IMG/VR virus record: IMGVR_UViG_3300044638_003984
Length of the DNA: 64,000 nucleotides
DNA from: a virus
Taxonomy: Duplodnaviria; Heunggongvirae; Uroviricota; Caudoviricetes
Reading direction: 5' to 3' (one strand)
Positions within the stretch are counted from its first letter, which is position 1. Each line of letters starts with the position of its first letter. The position numbers and the translations under genes are program-made. Below are positions 17,000 through 26,222 of this stretch, piece after piece. Under the pieces are notes generated by a model that was not told the DNA's origin, searched no databases, and was given only the letters and a program-made list of their open reading frames with translations.

Positions 17000-17764
17000 T
17001 TATCCAATAAATAGATCCAACGGTAATTGTAAATCTTTAGTGAGTCTTGTTTCTAATTTTTCTATTTCAGTTATAGCTTCTGAATATATTGCATCACCAT
17101 TAATTGTTATACCACCTGGTAAATTCATATTTCCAAATTTCTTAAGATTCTCGCCCCATTGTCTTTTAATTAGAGCTGTAGCATATTCCTTAAGAAATTC
17201 GTCAGCCCAAATATCGTTAAAAGTATTGATATCTAATTTCTTGTAAATTTTCAAAACAATATTGGATGTTTTCTCTTTTAATAAAGAGAGCGGTTCGTTG
17301 AATCTTATTCTATTTGTTTTTCTATTAAAGTTAAAAGAATTTAATGGTGATAAAGACATCTGCATAGTGGCAAGATATGATTTCATAGAATCTAAATAAG
17401 CTAAATTATTTCCTATAATATTTGATGTATTATAGAAATCGTTCATATAGAACTGATATTGTGCATTAAATAGATCGCCACTACCAACTCCTGTAGAAAC
17501 GTCATTACCGACAGGAAGTGCAGATATTACAGAAAATACTTTTTCATCTAGAGTAATATATCCATTAGTTACATCCGTATTAGTTATAGGAACAATAAGA
17601 TAATCTTCTTCAACGCCATCAAAATGATAATCAAAATATTTCGTTATGGCATCATCGATTCTATCATCAACTTGTTCTTCTGCAACATTTATTTCTATTA
17701 CAGGAAAACCTAGTCTTCTTAAACAGTAATCGGAAAATTGTTCTCTAGTTGTTGGCGTTGCCAT
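17000..17764 (-). CDS. T4 gp13-like neck protein
   Basis: CLRRLGFPVIEINV...YFDYHFDG and C-terminal LPGGITINGDAIYSEAI...LPLDLFIG match T4 gp13 blocks. Confidence 0.8.
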   Translation of the reverse strand: MATPTTREQFSDYCLRRLGFPVIEINVAEEQVDDRIDDAITKYFDYHFDGVEEDYLIVPITNTDVTNGYITLDEKVFSVISALPVGNDVSTGVGSGDLFNAQYQFYMNDFYNTSNIIGNNLAYLDSMKSYLATMQMSLSPLNSFNFNRKTNRIRFNEPLSLLKEKTSNIVLKIYKKLDINTFNDIWADEFLKEYATALIKRQWGENLKKFGNMNLPGGITINGDAIYSEAITEIEKLETRLTKDLQLPLDLFIG

Positions 17765-17779
17765 TACATACTCCTATCT

Positions 17780-17793
17780 TATTTATATAAATA
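17780..17793 (-). promoter_or_regulatory. palindromic T4-type late promoter (TATAAATA on both strands) upstream of gp13
   Basis: TATTTATATAAATA; minus-strand TATAAATA ends ~16 nt before the ATG at 17764, with RBS AGGAG in between. Confidence 0.5.
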
Positions 17794-17796
17794 AAG

Positions 17797-17819
17797 AGGG
17801 AACTCTTTAAGAGTTCCCT
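17797..17819 (-). terminator. intrinsic terminator hairpin (9-bp stem AGGGAACTC/GAGTTCCCT) followed by a U-rich tract on the minus transcript
   Basis: Perfect stem with 5-nt loop immediately after the stop of gene 17841-18197. Confidence 0.55.
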
Positions 17820-17840
17820 AAGAAATATGAACTTATAAAT

Positions 17841-18197
17841 TCAATCAGCAATAAAAAAACTTAATTGTGATAATTGTATTGGCGACAAATTAACTGATTC
17901 CGGAAGAGACTCTACTTTAATAGGTTCTAGTGGAATCTCAATTTCTTCCTGTAGAAGAGGATTTAATTCTTCAACAAACATATTAAGATTTTCTTCAGTT
18001 ACCACAACACTTCCTTCGTTCTCTACACCATATTTTTGCACTAACTTCTGTCTTGTTTCTTCTAGATTTGTGAGCTCAGAAGCTATTACTTTTAAAGCCT
18101 TAGAAATTCTGTATGCAATATTAATTGGTAAAGTGCAGTTTGATAGTGCAACCAACGCAGCTTCAGAATTTTTAAGTTGTCCTAATGTCAATTTCAT
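17841..18197 (-). CDS. hypothetical protein (118 aa)
   Basis: ORF track; a minus-strand TATAAATA at 18277-18284 could be its late promoter. Confidence 0.45.
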   Translation of the reverse strand: MKLTLGQLKNSEAALVALSNCTLPINIAYRISKALKVIASELTNLEETRQKLVQKYGVENEGSVVVTEENLNMFVEELNPLLQEEIEIPLEPIKVESLPESVNLSPIQLSQLSFFIAD

Positions 18198-18294
18198 TTT
18201 ATTATCTCCTAAATATAGTTATGCACTAAATTTCTCAGCACACCATTCTTTCGTCATGAATTAAATTCATCAAAACTATTTATAGGAGACAATT

Positions 18295-18708
18295 TTGATT
18301 AGAAATATAATAATTTCTATTGCTTTTTGCACGCTTGTTTTTAGCTATGATACAAGCAATAGAAATGTAAACTGTATGACACAAGCAATTTATCACGAAG
18401 CAAGAGGAGAATCTTATATGGGGAAAATTGCAGTCGGACATATAATTCTAAACAGAATAAAAAAAGGATATGGAACGGATCCTTGTGAAATAGTTTCTAG
18501 TAAGAGACAATTTTCTTGGTATGGAAAAAACAATTCCATCAAAGAACGAGATAGATGGGATGAATGTTATAGATTATCAAAAAAGATTCTTGCAAATGAA
18601 ACTCAAGATCCAACCAAAGGATCTATATTCTTTCATGAGAAGAGTATCAACCCAGGTTGGAAATATAAGAGAATAGTAGTCATCGATAGTCATATATTCT
18701 ATAAGTAA
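18295..18708 (+). CDS. cell wall hydrolase, SleB/CwlJ (Hydrolase_2) family, N-terminal hydrophobic anchor
   Basis: QAIYHEARGE...IAVGHIILNR...PCEIV...QFSWY motif series; TTG start 8 nt after AGGAG. Confidence 0.65.
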   Translation: MIRNIIISIAFCTLVFSYDTSNRNVNCMTQAIYHEARGESYMGKIAVGHIILNRIKKGYGTDPCEIVSSKRQFSWYGKNNSIKERDRWDECYRLSKKILANETQDPTKGSIFFHEKSINPGWKYKRIVVIDSHIFYK

Positions 18709-18827
18709 TATACTTAAAATCGCTACATACTAAGTATAGCGTAGAAAGTCAAGTTCGTCAAGTGAGATGATGTTGAATCTCAAAAAATCATATTGATGAA
18801 TCATATGTTATATAGTATAATAGTTAT

Positions 18828-19844
18828 ATGAGTATATTGGTTGATTCAAAATATCTTTCGTTGATATCTCCTAAATTAGACTTATTTAAGAAGAAGTCTG
18901 AAGTCTTATGGAATTTTAGATGTCCATATTGTATGGATTCGAAGAAGAGAGAATCAAAGGCGAGAGGTTATGTCTACAGGAAACACAACGACCTCTTTTT
19001 TAAGTGTCATAATTGTGTGAAAGGCACAACGTTCTCTAATTTCCTTAAATTCTTAGACCCTGTTTTACATAAACAATATATATTCGAGAGATTCACATCA
19101 GGAGATACTCATCCAAATCATAATTACAAGAAACCAATTTTAGTCTCTTCTGATGCAAAAAACAAATTTCAGAAAAAAAGCATAAATTATGATATCGGTT
19201 TGGAATCTATAAAGGATCTTCAAGACGGACATTACGCAAAAGAATATATTAGATCAAGAGAAATACCATCTGAGCATTGGAATAAATTGTTTTTTACAAA
19301 CGACTTTAAACAATATGTCGAATCTATTAATAAAGAAAAATCTAAGAACTTAAAACCAAAAGATCCAAGGATTGTGATTCCTTTCTTTGATAAAACTGGT
19401 AAATTGATAGCAGTTCAAGGTCGTGCATTGGAAGACAGTATCGCAAGATATATTACAATTAAATTACACGAAGATAATGATAAAATATATGGTTTAGAAC
19501 GTATAAATACAAATACAACTTTATGGATATTTGAAGGTCCAATTGATTCGTTATTTGTGAAAAATGCTCTGGCTACAGCTGGAGCTGAATTATCAAAATT
19601 AATAAAAGATTATCCTAAAGCAATATTCGTTTTTGATAATGAACCATCAAATAAACAGATTATTCAAAATATGAATTTTGTAATAGATTCTGGATGTAAA
19701 ATTGTAATTTGGAAAAAAGAAAACAAATGTAAAGATGTCAATGATATGGTTCTTGCAGGTTTAGATATTGATTTAGAATTAACAGAATCGTCTTATTCGG
19801 GGTTAGAAGCATTATTTAAATTTAATATTTGGAAGAAGGTGTGA
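18828..19844 (+). CDS. DNA primase, T4 gp61-like (zinc ribbon + Toprim)
   Basis: FRCPYCMDSKKRESKARGYVY...CHNC zinc ribbon; IFEGPIDSLFV, VFDNEP and KDVNDM blocks match T4 gp61. Confidence 0.85.
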   Translation: MSILVDSKYLSLISPKLDLFKKKSEVLWNFRCPYCMDSKKRESKARGYVYRKHNDLFFKCHNCVKGTTFSNFLKFLDPVLHKQYIFERFTSGDTHPNHNYKKPILVSSDAKNKFQKKSINYDIGLESIKDLQDGHYAKEYIRSREIPSEHWNKLFFTNDFKQYVESINKEKSKNLKPKDPRIVIPFFDKTGKLIAVQGRALEDSIARYITIKLHEDNDKIYGLERINTNTTLWIFEGPIDSLFVKNALATAGAELSKLIKDYPKAIFVFDNEPSNKQIIQNMNFVIDSGCKIVIWKKENKCKDVNDMVLAGLDIDLELTESSYSGLEALFKFNIWKKV

Positions 19845-19845
19845 C

Positions 19846-20214
19846 ATGTATACTTACAGTGCTAAGATTTTAAGAGTTATAGATGGCGATACAATTGAAT
19901 CTGAAATTGATTTGGGGTTTGGAGTAAGTATTCGAAAGATTGTTAGATTGAATGGAATCGATACTCCAGAAAAAAATTCAAGGATCGTATCGGAACGTGA
20001 ATTGGCTGTAAAGGCGACAGCTAGAACTAAATATGCTTTAGAAAATAAAACAGTAATTATAAAAACGCAGTTAGATAAAGATGATAAATATGGGCGTGTC
20101 TTGGCTTATGTTTATGTGTCTGAGAAAGATGTTGAATCTAACCAATCGTTTAATATTAAGTTAATTCAAGAAGGATTAGCTTTTCCATATTCTGGAGGAA
20201 AGAAGAATGTATAA
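19846..20214 (+). CDS. staphylococcal (thermo)nuclease-like protein
   Basis: RVIDGDT...VRLNGIDTPE pattern of the SNase fold. Confidence 0.6.
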   Translation: MYTYSAKILRVIDGDTIESEIDLGFGVSIRKIVRLNGIDTPEKNSRIVSERELAVKATARTKYALENKTVIIKTQLDKDDKYGRVLAYVYVSEKDVESNQSFNIKLIQEGLAFPYSGGKKNV

Positions 20215-20890
20215 GAAATATGAAGATATTCTTTCCGTTAAATTGATTTCCTACACACAACCAAATCCAGAAGAATTTTCACAAGGATTTATTGATGATG
20301 GTATTCAAAATTTAATCTCTTATTGTGCCAGAGTTTCTAATCCCTCAAACCAAAACAATCTAGATACAGTCGATAAGCTACTTAATTATCTAATTAAGAA
20401 TAAACATTGGTCTCCATTTGAGATGGTTGATGTTTGTCTTGAGATTACAAGCACCAGAGATATTGTACGTCAGATTCTAAGACATCGTTCTTTTTCATTC
20501 CAGGAATTTTCACAAAGATATGCAGATCCAACAAAAGAATTAGATTTCTGTCTAAAGGAATGTAGACTTCAAGATACAAAGAATAGACAGAATTCAATTC
20601 TAATTAATAATGATGAATTGGCTGAGATTTGGAAACAGTTACAAATACAAGTAATTGATATTGCTAAAGCTAATTATGAAAATGCAGTCTCAAGTGGTAT
20701 TGCTAAGGAAGTAGCAAGAGTTATGCTACCGGAAGGTAATACAGTTTCAAGAATGTACATTAAAGGTTCTATTCGTTCCTGGATTCATTACATTGAAGTT
20801 CGTGATGGCAATGGTACACAGAAAGAACACCAATTAGTTGCACGTGCTTGTGCCGAAGCCATAAATAAAATTTTCCCTTATATTAAGTAG
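20207..20890 (+). CDS. thyX: flavin-dependent thymidylate synthase ThyX
   Basis: ThyX signature RHRSFSFQEFSQRY (RHR-x7-S-x-R). Confidence 0.85.
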   Translation: MYKKYEDILSVKLISYTQPNPEEFSQGFIDDGIQNLISYCARVSNPSNQNNLDTVDKLLNYLIKNKHWSPFEMVDVCLEITSTRDIVRQILRHRSFSFQEFSQRYADPTKELDFCLKECRLQDTKNRQNSILINNDELAEIWKQLQIQVIDIAKANYENAVSSGIAKEVARVMLPEGNTVSRMYIKGSIRSWIHYIEVRDGNGTQKEHQLVARACAEAINKIFPYIK

Positions 20891-20898
20891 GAGTTTAG

Positions 20899-22677
20899 AT
20901 GTCAGAATATCTAGGTATTAATATTGACCGTTCAAGAGATTCTCTCTTTGATGAATTAGGTTTGAAGAGATTACAGGAATCGTATATGAGAGAAGAGGAA
21001 ATCTCTCCACAAGAAAGATATGCATTCGTTGCAAAGACTTTCGGTTCTAATCCAGAACACGCACAAAGATTATATGATTATGCATCTAAACATTGGTTGA
21101 GTTTTTCTACACCAATTCTTTCTTATGGTAGAACAAAGAAAGGATTGCCAATTTCGTGTTATCTCGCCCATATACATGACTCAGCAGAAGGTTTAATTGA
21201 TACTCTAGCTGAAACTAATTGGTTATCTATGTTGGGTGGTGGAGTTGGTTTGGGTGTAGGAATGAGATCTTCCAGTGAAAAATCTACTGGTGTTATGGCA
21301 CATATGAAGACTTATGATGCGTGTTCTCTTGCATACAGACAAGGAACAACTAGACGTGGATCATATGCTGCTTATCTTGATATCTCACATCCTGATATCA
21401 TTAACTTCATGGAGATGAGAAAACCGACTGGCGATCCAAATATTCGCTGTCTTAATATGCATAATGCTGTTATGATCCCAGATTCTTTCATGCAAATTAT
21501 TGAACGATGTATGATTGATCCGAATGCAGATGATTCCTGGAATCTTATCGATCCGTCTTCAAAGGAAATTAAAGAAACGGTTTCAGCAAAGTATCTCTGG
21601 CAGTTACTTTTGGAATTGAGAATGATGACTGGTGAACCTTATCTGATGTTCATTGATACTGCAAATAATGCTCTACCAAGAGAACAATATGATAAAGGTC
21701 TAAGGATAAGACAATCGAATATATGTTCAGAGATCCATTTGTGTACGGATAAAGATCGAACAGCAGTATGTTGTTTATCGTCAATTAATATTTACAGATA
21801 TGATGAGTTTAAGGATTATTTTGAACAGATTATTTCTGATGTTGCTGAGATGTTAGATAATGTCTTAACTAGATTTATTAATGATGCCCCAAAAACAATT
21901 AAAAGAGCAAAATATAGTGCGATGATGGAGAGAGCAATTGGGATTGGAGTTTTGGGATATCATTCATATCTGCAATCTAAATCTATCCCATTTGAATCAG
22001 TTGCAGCTAAGATCTTTAATAAAACTTTCTTTAAGACAATGAAAGAATATGCCGATGCAGCCAATCTAAGATTAGGAAAAGAACGTGGTGAGGCTCCGGA
22101 TATGGTTGGTTCAGGAAAGAGGTTTTCAAATTGCATTGCAATTGCACCAACTGCTTCCACATCCATCATCATGGGTAACATAAGTCCTTCTATCGAACCT
22201 CTTAGAGCAAATGTATTCAGACAAGATACTCTGTCTGGTTCTTTTATTCACAGAAATCATGAACTAGAAAAAGTTCTTCTCAAAAAGAATGTTGATATGG
22301 AAGAAATCTGGAATTCAATAGTATTGAATGACGGATCAGTTCAACATCTAACTTGTCTGACAGATGATGAGAAGGAAGTGTTCAAGACAGCAATTGAAAT
22401 CGATCAACGTTGGATTATTGAAAAAGCTGGTGATAGACAGAAATATATTGATCAAGGACAATCTGTCAATCTATTCTTCAAACCAGATACACACGTAAAA
22501 TATCTTCATGCGATTCATTTCTTAGGATGGAAAGTTGGTTTGAAAGCATTATATTATTGTAGATCAGAAAAGATTAGAAAAGCCAATAAGATCTCACAGA
22601 GAATCGATAGAAAGAGAATTGAAGATATTGATATCAAATCAATAGTCGAAGGAGAAGGGTGTATTGCTTGTGAATGA
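20899..22677 (+). CDS. nrdA: ribonucleotide reductase large subunit (class I, no ATP-cone)
   Basis: Catalytic NxCSE motif (QSNICSEIHL); C-terminal Cys pair EGCIACE; beta subunit gene downstream. Confidence 0.8.
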   Translation: MSEYLGINIDRSRDSLFDELGLKRLQESYMREEEISPQERYAFVAKTFGSNPEHAQRLYDYASKHWLSFSTPILSYGRTKKGLPISCYLAHIHDSAEGLIDTLAETNWLSMLGGGVGLGVGMRSSSEKSTGVMAHMKTYDACSLAYRQGTTRRGSYAAYLDISHPDIINFMEMRKPTGDPNIRCLNMHNAVMIPDSFMQIIERCMIDPNADDSWNLIDPSSKEIKETVSAKYLWQLLLELRMMTGEPYLMFIDTANNALPREQYDKGLRIRQSNICSEIHLCTDKDRTAVCCLSSINIYRYDEFKDYFEQIISDVAEMLDNVLTRFINDAPKTIKRAKYSAMMERAIGIGVLGYHSYLQSKSIPFESVAAKIFNKTFFKTMKEYADAANLRLGKERGEAPDMVGSGKRFSNCIAIAPTASTSIIMGNISPSIEPLRANVFRQDTLSGSFIHRNHELEKVLLKKNVDMEEIWNSIVLNDGSVQHLTCLTDDEKEVFKTAIEIDQRWIIEKAGDRQKYIDQGQSVNLFFKPDTHVKYLHAIHFLGWKVGLKALYYCRSEKIRKANKISQRIDRKRIEDIDIKSIVEGEGCIACE

Positions 22678-22951
22678 ACCAAATTTTATTGAGGAAATGA
22701 TTCATCACTTCATTTCTTATCAATCTAAAAAATATAAGTTAGATATGATGGTCCATGAAATATTTGAACACGATCCAGAAAATTTTGATTTTGATGACGA
22801 TATAGAATTTGATTGGTTTAATAAATCAATTACATTAGATCTAAAAGGAAATTATCCAAAAGAAAAGTTTAAACCTTTGTTTGATCTTGGGATATCTATA
22901 ATCATAATAAGAAAACATTTACTCGAAAGTATAACTCTAGTTCAGGAATAA
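22664..22951 (+). CDS. hypothetical protein between nrdA and nrdB
   Basis: ORF track. Confidence 0.4.
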   Translation: MLVNEPNFIEEMIHHFISYQSKKYKLDMMVHEIFEHDPENFDFDDDIEFDWFNKSITLDLKGNYPKEKFKPLFDLGISIIIIRKHLLESITLVQE

Positions 22952-22952
22952 T

Positions 22953-23930
22953 ATGTCAAAGAAAAAGAATCAATTGCAATTGACTGATAAAAGATCTACA
23001 TTCAAACCAATGAATTATCCTTGGTGTTTTGACGCCTGGAGAACACATGAACAAATGCATTGGTTGTGGACTGAAGTAGAAATGATGCAAGATATTAAAG
23101 ATTGGAAGGAAAAGTTGTCTACTTCAGAAAAGACTTTCTTAACACACATCTTTCGTTTCTTTACACAAGGAGATATTGACGTCTCAGATGGATATGTCAC
23201 AAATTATCTACCATTTTTTCCACAACCAGAAGTTAGAATGATGTTACTTGGATTCGCTGCTCGTGAAGCAATTCACGTTGCCGCTTATTCTCATCTTGTT
23301 GAAACTCTTGGTCTACCAGAAACAACTTATAATGAATTCTTAGAATATACTTCTATGAAAGAGAAGCACGAATATATCTTCTCACATAAGGGCGATGATA
23401 TCAGAAGTATTGCTAAGAATATTGCAGTATTTTCTGCTTTTACAGAAGGAATGCAATTATTCTCTTCATTCGTTATGTTGCTTAATTTTGCAAGACACGG
23501 AAAGATGAAAGGAATGGGTATGATTATCCAATGGTCTCTGTTGGATGAAGATATGCATTCTGAATCAATGATTCGATTATTCAGAACTTTTATCGAAGAG
23601 AATAGAGAGATTTGGGACGATGAGTTGAAATCAGAAATCTATACCATCGCAACTAAAATGGTAGAATTAGAAGATCAATTTATTGATCTGGCATTTAGTA
23701 TGGGTCCGATGGAGAATCTTACTCCCGAAGAAGTTAAGAAATATATTCGCTATATTGCAGATAAGAGATTAATCTCGATGGGTATGAAAGGAATCTTTAA
23801 AGTTAAGAAGAATCCTCTAACTTGGGTCGATGCGATGGTTGGAGTCGGTCACACAAGTTTCTTTGAGAATCGTTCTACAGATTATGCGAAGGGTGCTCTG
23901 ACTGGATCTTGGGAAGATGTTTGGAAATGA
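22953..23930 (+). CDS. nrdB: ribonucleotide reductase small subunit (ferritin-like di-iron)
   Basis: EAIHVAAYSHL and E..H iron-ligand motifs. Confidence 0.85.
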   Translation: MSKKKNQLQLTDKRSTFKPMNYPWCFDAWRTHEQMHWLWTEVEMMQDIKDWKEKLSTSEKTFLTHIFRFFTQGDIDVSDGYVTNYLPFFPQPEVRMMLLGFAAREAIHVAAYSHLVETLGLPETTYNEFLEYTSMKEKHEYIFSHKGDDIRSIAKNIAVFSAFTEGMQLFSSFVMLLNFARHGKMKGMGMIIQWSLLDEDMHSESMIRLFRTFIEENREIWDDELKSEIYTIATKMVELEDQFIDLAFSMGPMENLTPEEVKKYIRYIADKRLISMGMKGIFKVKKNPLTWVDAMVGVGHTSFFENRSTDYAKGALTGSWEDVWK

Positions 23931-24217
23931 CAATTGAAGAATTGATGCAATGGAACGAACAACTAGCAGATGAGATAACAGGTTCGGCTCTATATTATGG
24001 TAACAATACTGCGGAAGATTTTCGAAAGATTATCCTGAAAATTATTAATCAATCGACTCAACGTGGATATTCTCTCGCCAAAATAGAATCTTTCACAGAA
24101 GAACGTTGCTGGTGTCTATCTGCAGAATACGAAGATCATCCTTATAATCCTAATAAAAAAGTTGGAGAAATATGTGAAGTTTGTGGAAACTTAGTTGAGT
24201 CTGAATGGTATTTGTAG
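23909..24217 (+). CDS. hypothetical small protein with CxC / CxxC pairs; ends TAG TAA
   Basis: ORF track. Confidence 0.4.
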   Translation: MGRCLEMTIEELMQWNEQLADEITGSALYYGNNTAEDFRKIILKIINQSTQRGYSLAKIESFTEERCWCLSAEYEDHPYNPNKKVGEICEVCGNLVESEWYL

Positions 24218-24238
24218 TAACACAATAAATAATGGATA

Positions 24239-24871
24239 ATGCCTACATTATCCATTAATATTCCACTACAATATTGTCTGTTAAGAAAAGAATATCTCTA
24301 TAATTTAGAAGATCGTTTTGGTGAATTTATTCCTTGCTCTGTGTTTGGTGTTACTTCAATACCAGCCAGAGCAATCACTTTTTCATGCATGATTAATAAT
24401 GGTGCACAAGTAGCCAGATTACCTATTTCTGCATTCTGTTGGAAAGAGACCGAACCACAACCACTTGAAGTTCTAGAACTTTGGGATTGTTTCTCATACG
24501 ATCTAACTTGTGTAGAATATGATTATCTTCGTGGAATGAGAGCATCTGCTTTCCTAAAAGATAAGTCTTGGTATGAAGGTGAATATTGTTTTACTCTAGA
24601 TTGGTACGGCTCACCGACAGCAGAAAATCCAGGAGAAGGTGGATTTAAGACTGCTCACATCTTGAAGTTAGATAATGGTAATTTTGCTGCACAACCAAAT
24701 AACAGAATCTGTTGGTTCGAACCATCATTTATTACGAAACCATATATAGATTGCGAAACAAAACCAGATTATAAAGTAAATGAACATATTTGGAAATGTG
24801 AAGGACGATCGAAATGGTATACAGAAGATTCTGATAAATACTTTTACGATATAGTAAGAGGAAAAGATTAA
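24239..24871 (+). CDS. hypothetical protein (210 aa)
   Basis: ORF track; the start codon lies in a 10-bp AT-rich hairpin (24228-24259). Confidence 0.4.
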   Translation: MPTLSINIPLQYCLLRKEYLYNLEDRFGEFIPCSVFGVTSIPARAITFSCMINNGAQVARLPISAFCWKETEPQPLEVLELWDCFSYDLTCVEYDYLRGMRASAFLKDKSWYEGEYCFTLDWYGSPTAENPGEGGFKTAHILKLDNGNFAAQPNNRICWFEPSFITKPYIDCETKPDYKVNEHIWKCEGRSKWYTEDSDKYFYDIVRGKD

Positions 24872-26221
24872 ATGGCTCAATACAGAAAAGATTTGCAAAT
24901 TATAGACGATTCTCCACAAAGATACGAAATGTTTATGTTAGCGGATCGTTGGGGAAACCAAACAACTGATTCTAAATCAACAGTTAATGATGCTTTTGGT
25001 CGACAAAGAGTCTCTTCACCATTTACGCTTTTCGATTCGCAACATAGATATGGTCCTAATGGTAAGTTCACTACTTATGTCAATAATGCTGTTGGTGCGA
25101 CTGGGTTTTCCGGTGCAACAGGAATAGGAACATCGTATATAACACATTCAAGCGCAGAATCAGCTATTAATTTACATATTGGAACTGGTTCCGGTCACTA
25201 TATTATAAGAGAATCCAAAAATATTTTTCCTTATCAACCAGGAAAATCATTATTGATTTTAGAATCATTTGCATTTAATGAGCAAAAGACGAATCTAAGA
25301 CAAAGAACTGGATATTTCGGTCACCAGAATGGTATCTATTTCGAGAATGATGGAACAGGAAATTGGATTGTTCTAAGATCATATTCTGGCGGCGGTGGCG
25401 GCGCCACTGGTCCTGTCGGAACGATTGTAGAAAAAAGAGTAGCGCAAGCGGATTGGAACGTAGATACATTTGATGGGAATGGTGATGCATTAAGAACTCT
25501 AGATATCACCAAAGCGAATATCGTATTTATTGATATTGAATGGCTTGGTGTTGGAGATGTTAGAGTTGGGTTTGTGGTTGATGGTGTTATGAGAGTGGCA
25601 CATATTTTTCATAATGAAAATATTTGTCCATCTACATATATGACAACAGCTTGTCTTCCAATCAGACTAGAGATAGAAAATACTGGAACAACTGCATCTC
25701 CATCATCGATGAAACAAGTGTGTTCTTCTGTTATTTCTGAAGGTGGATATGATTTGAAGGGAACATCATATTCTGCGTCAAGAGGAGTTGTTGGTTATCA
25801 AACTCTTAATGGATCTGGAACTGCAACTCCTACAATTTCCATTCGATTGAATTCTTCATATCTAGATCAGATTGCAGTCTTATCTGAATTGGCTATTTTA
25901 TTAGATACTAATACAAACTTACAATATAAATTGTTGTTGAATGCAACAATAAATCCAACAAATTGGGTTACATCTGCTTCAGGTAGAATAGATTATAATA
26001 TCGATGCAACTACAGTTAGTGGTGGAACTGAGATATTATCTGGTTTCGTAGCTTCTCATTCAACAATTTCATTGCAATCAACATCTATTCAATTAGGAAG
26101 AACAGTAGTAGATACTTCTAAATCTATAACAGGAATATCTGATGTACTCACACTAGCATTAACTTCTTTTGGTAATAATACAAAAGTTGCCACTCTATTG
26201 GGATGGTCAGAATTAATTTAA
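24872..26221 (+). CDS. tail fibre/baseplate-associated structural protein (collagen-like [10 protein letters not shown] motif)
   Basis: Immediately upstream of, and coupled to, the large collagen-like fibre gene; Thr/Ser/Gly-rich. Confidence 0.45.
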   Translation: MAQYRKDLQIIDDSPQRYEMFMLADRWGNQTTDSKSTVNDAFGRQRVSSPFTLFDSQHRYGPNGKFTTYVNNAVGATGFSGATGIGTSYITHSSAESAINLHIGTGSGHYIIRESKNIFPYQPGKSLLILESFAFNEQKTNLRQRTGYFGHQNGIYFENDGTGNWIVLRSYSGGGGGATGPVGTIVEKRVAQADWNVDTFDGNGDALRTLDITKANIVFIDIEWLGVGDVRVGFVVDGVMRVAHIFHNENICPSTYMTTACLPIRLEIENTGTTASPSSMKQVCSSVISEGGYDLKGTSYSASRGVVGYQTLNGSGTATPTISIRLNSSYLDQIAVLSELAILLDTNTNLQYKLLLNATINPTNWVTSASGRIDYNIDATTVSGGTEILSGFVASHSTISLQSTSIQLGRTVVDTSKSITGISDVLTLALTSFGNNTKVATLLGWSELI

Positions 26222-26222
26222 T

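Noticed and set aside
21960-22181. Short antisense ORFs inside large genes (e.g. 21960-22181, 23015-23200, 33148-33375, 39460-39699, 57436-57840)
   Set aside because: They are fully embedded opposite well-supported conserved genes, with no RBS or promoter signals.
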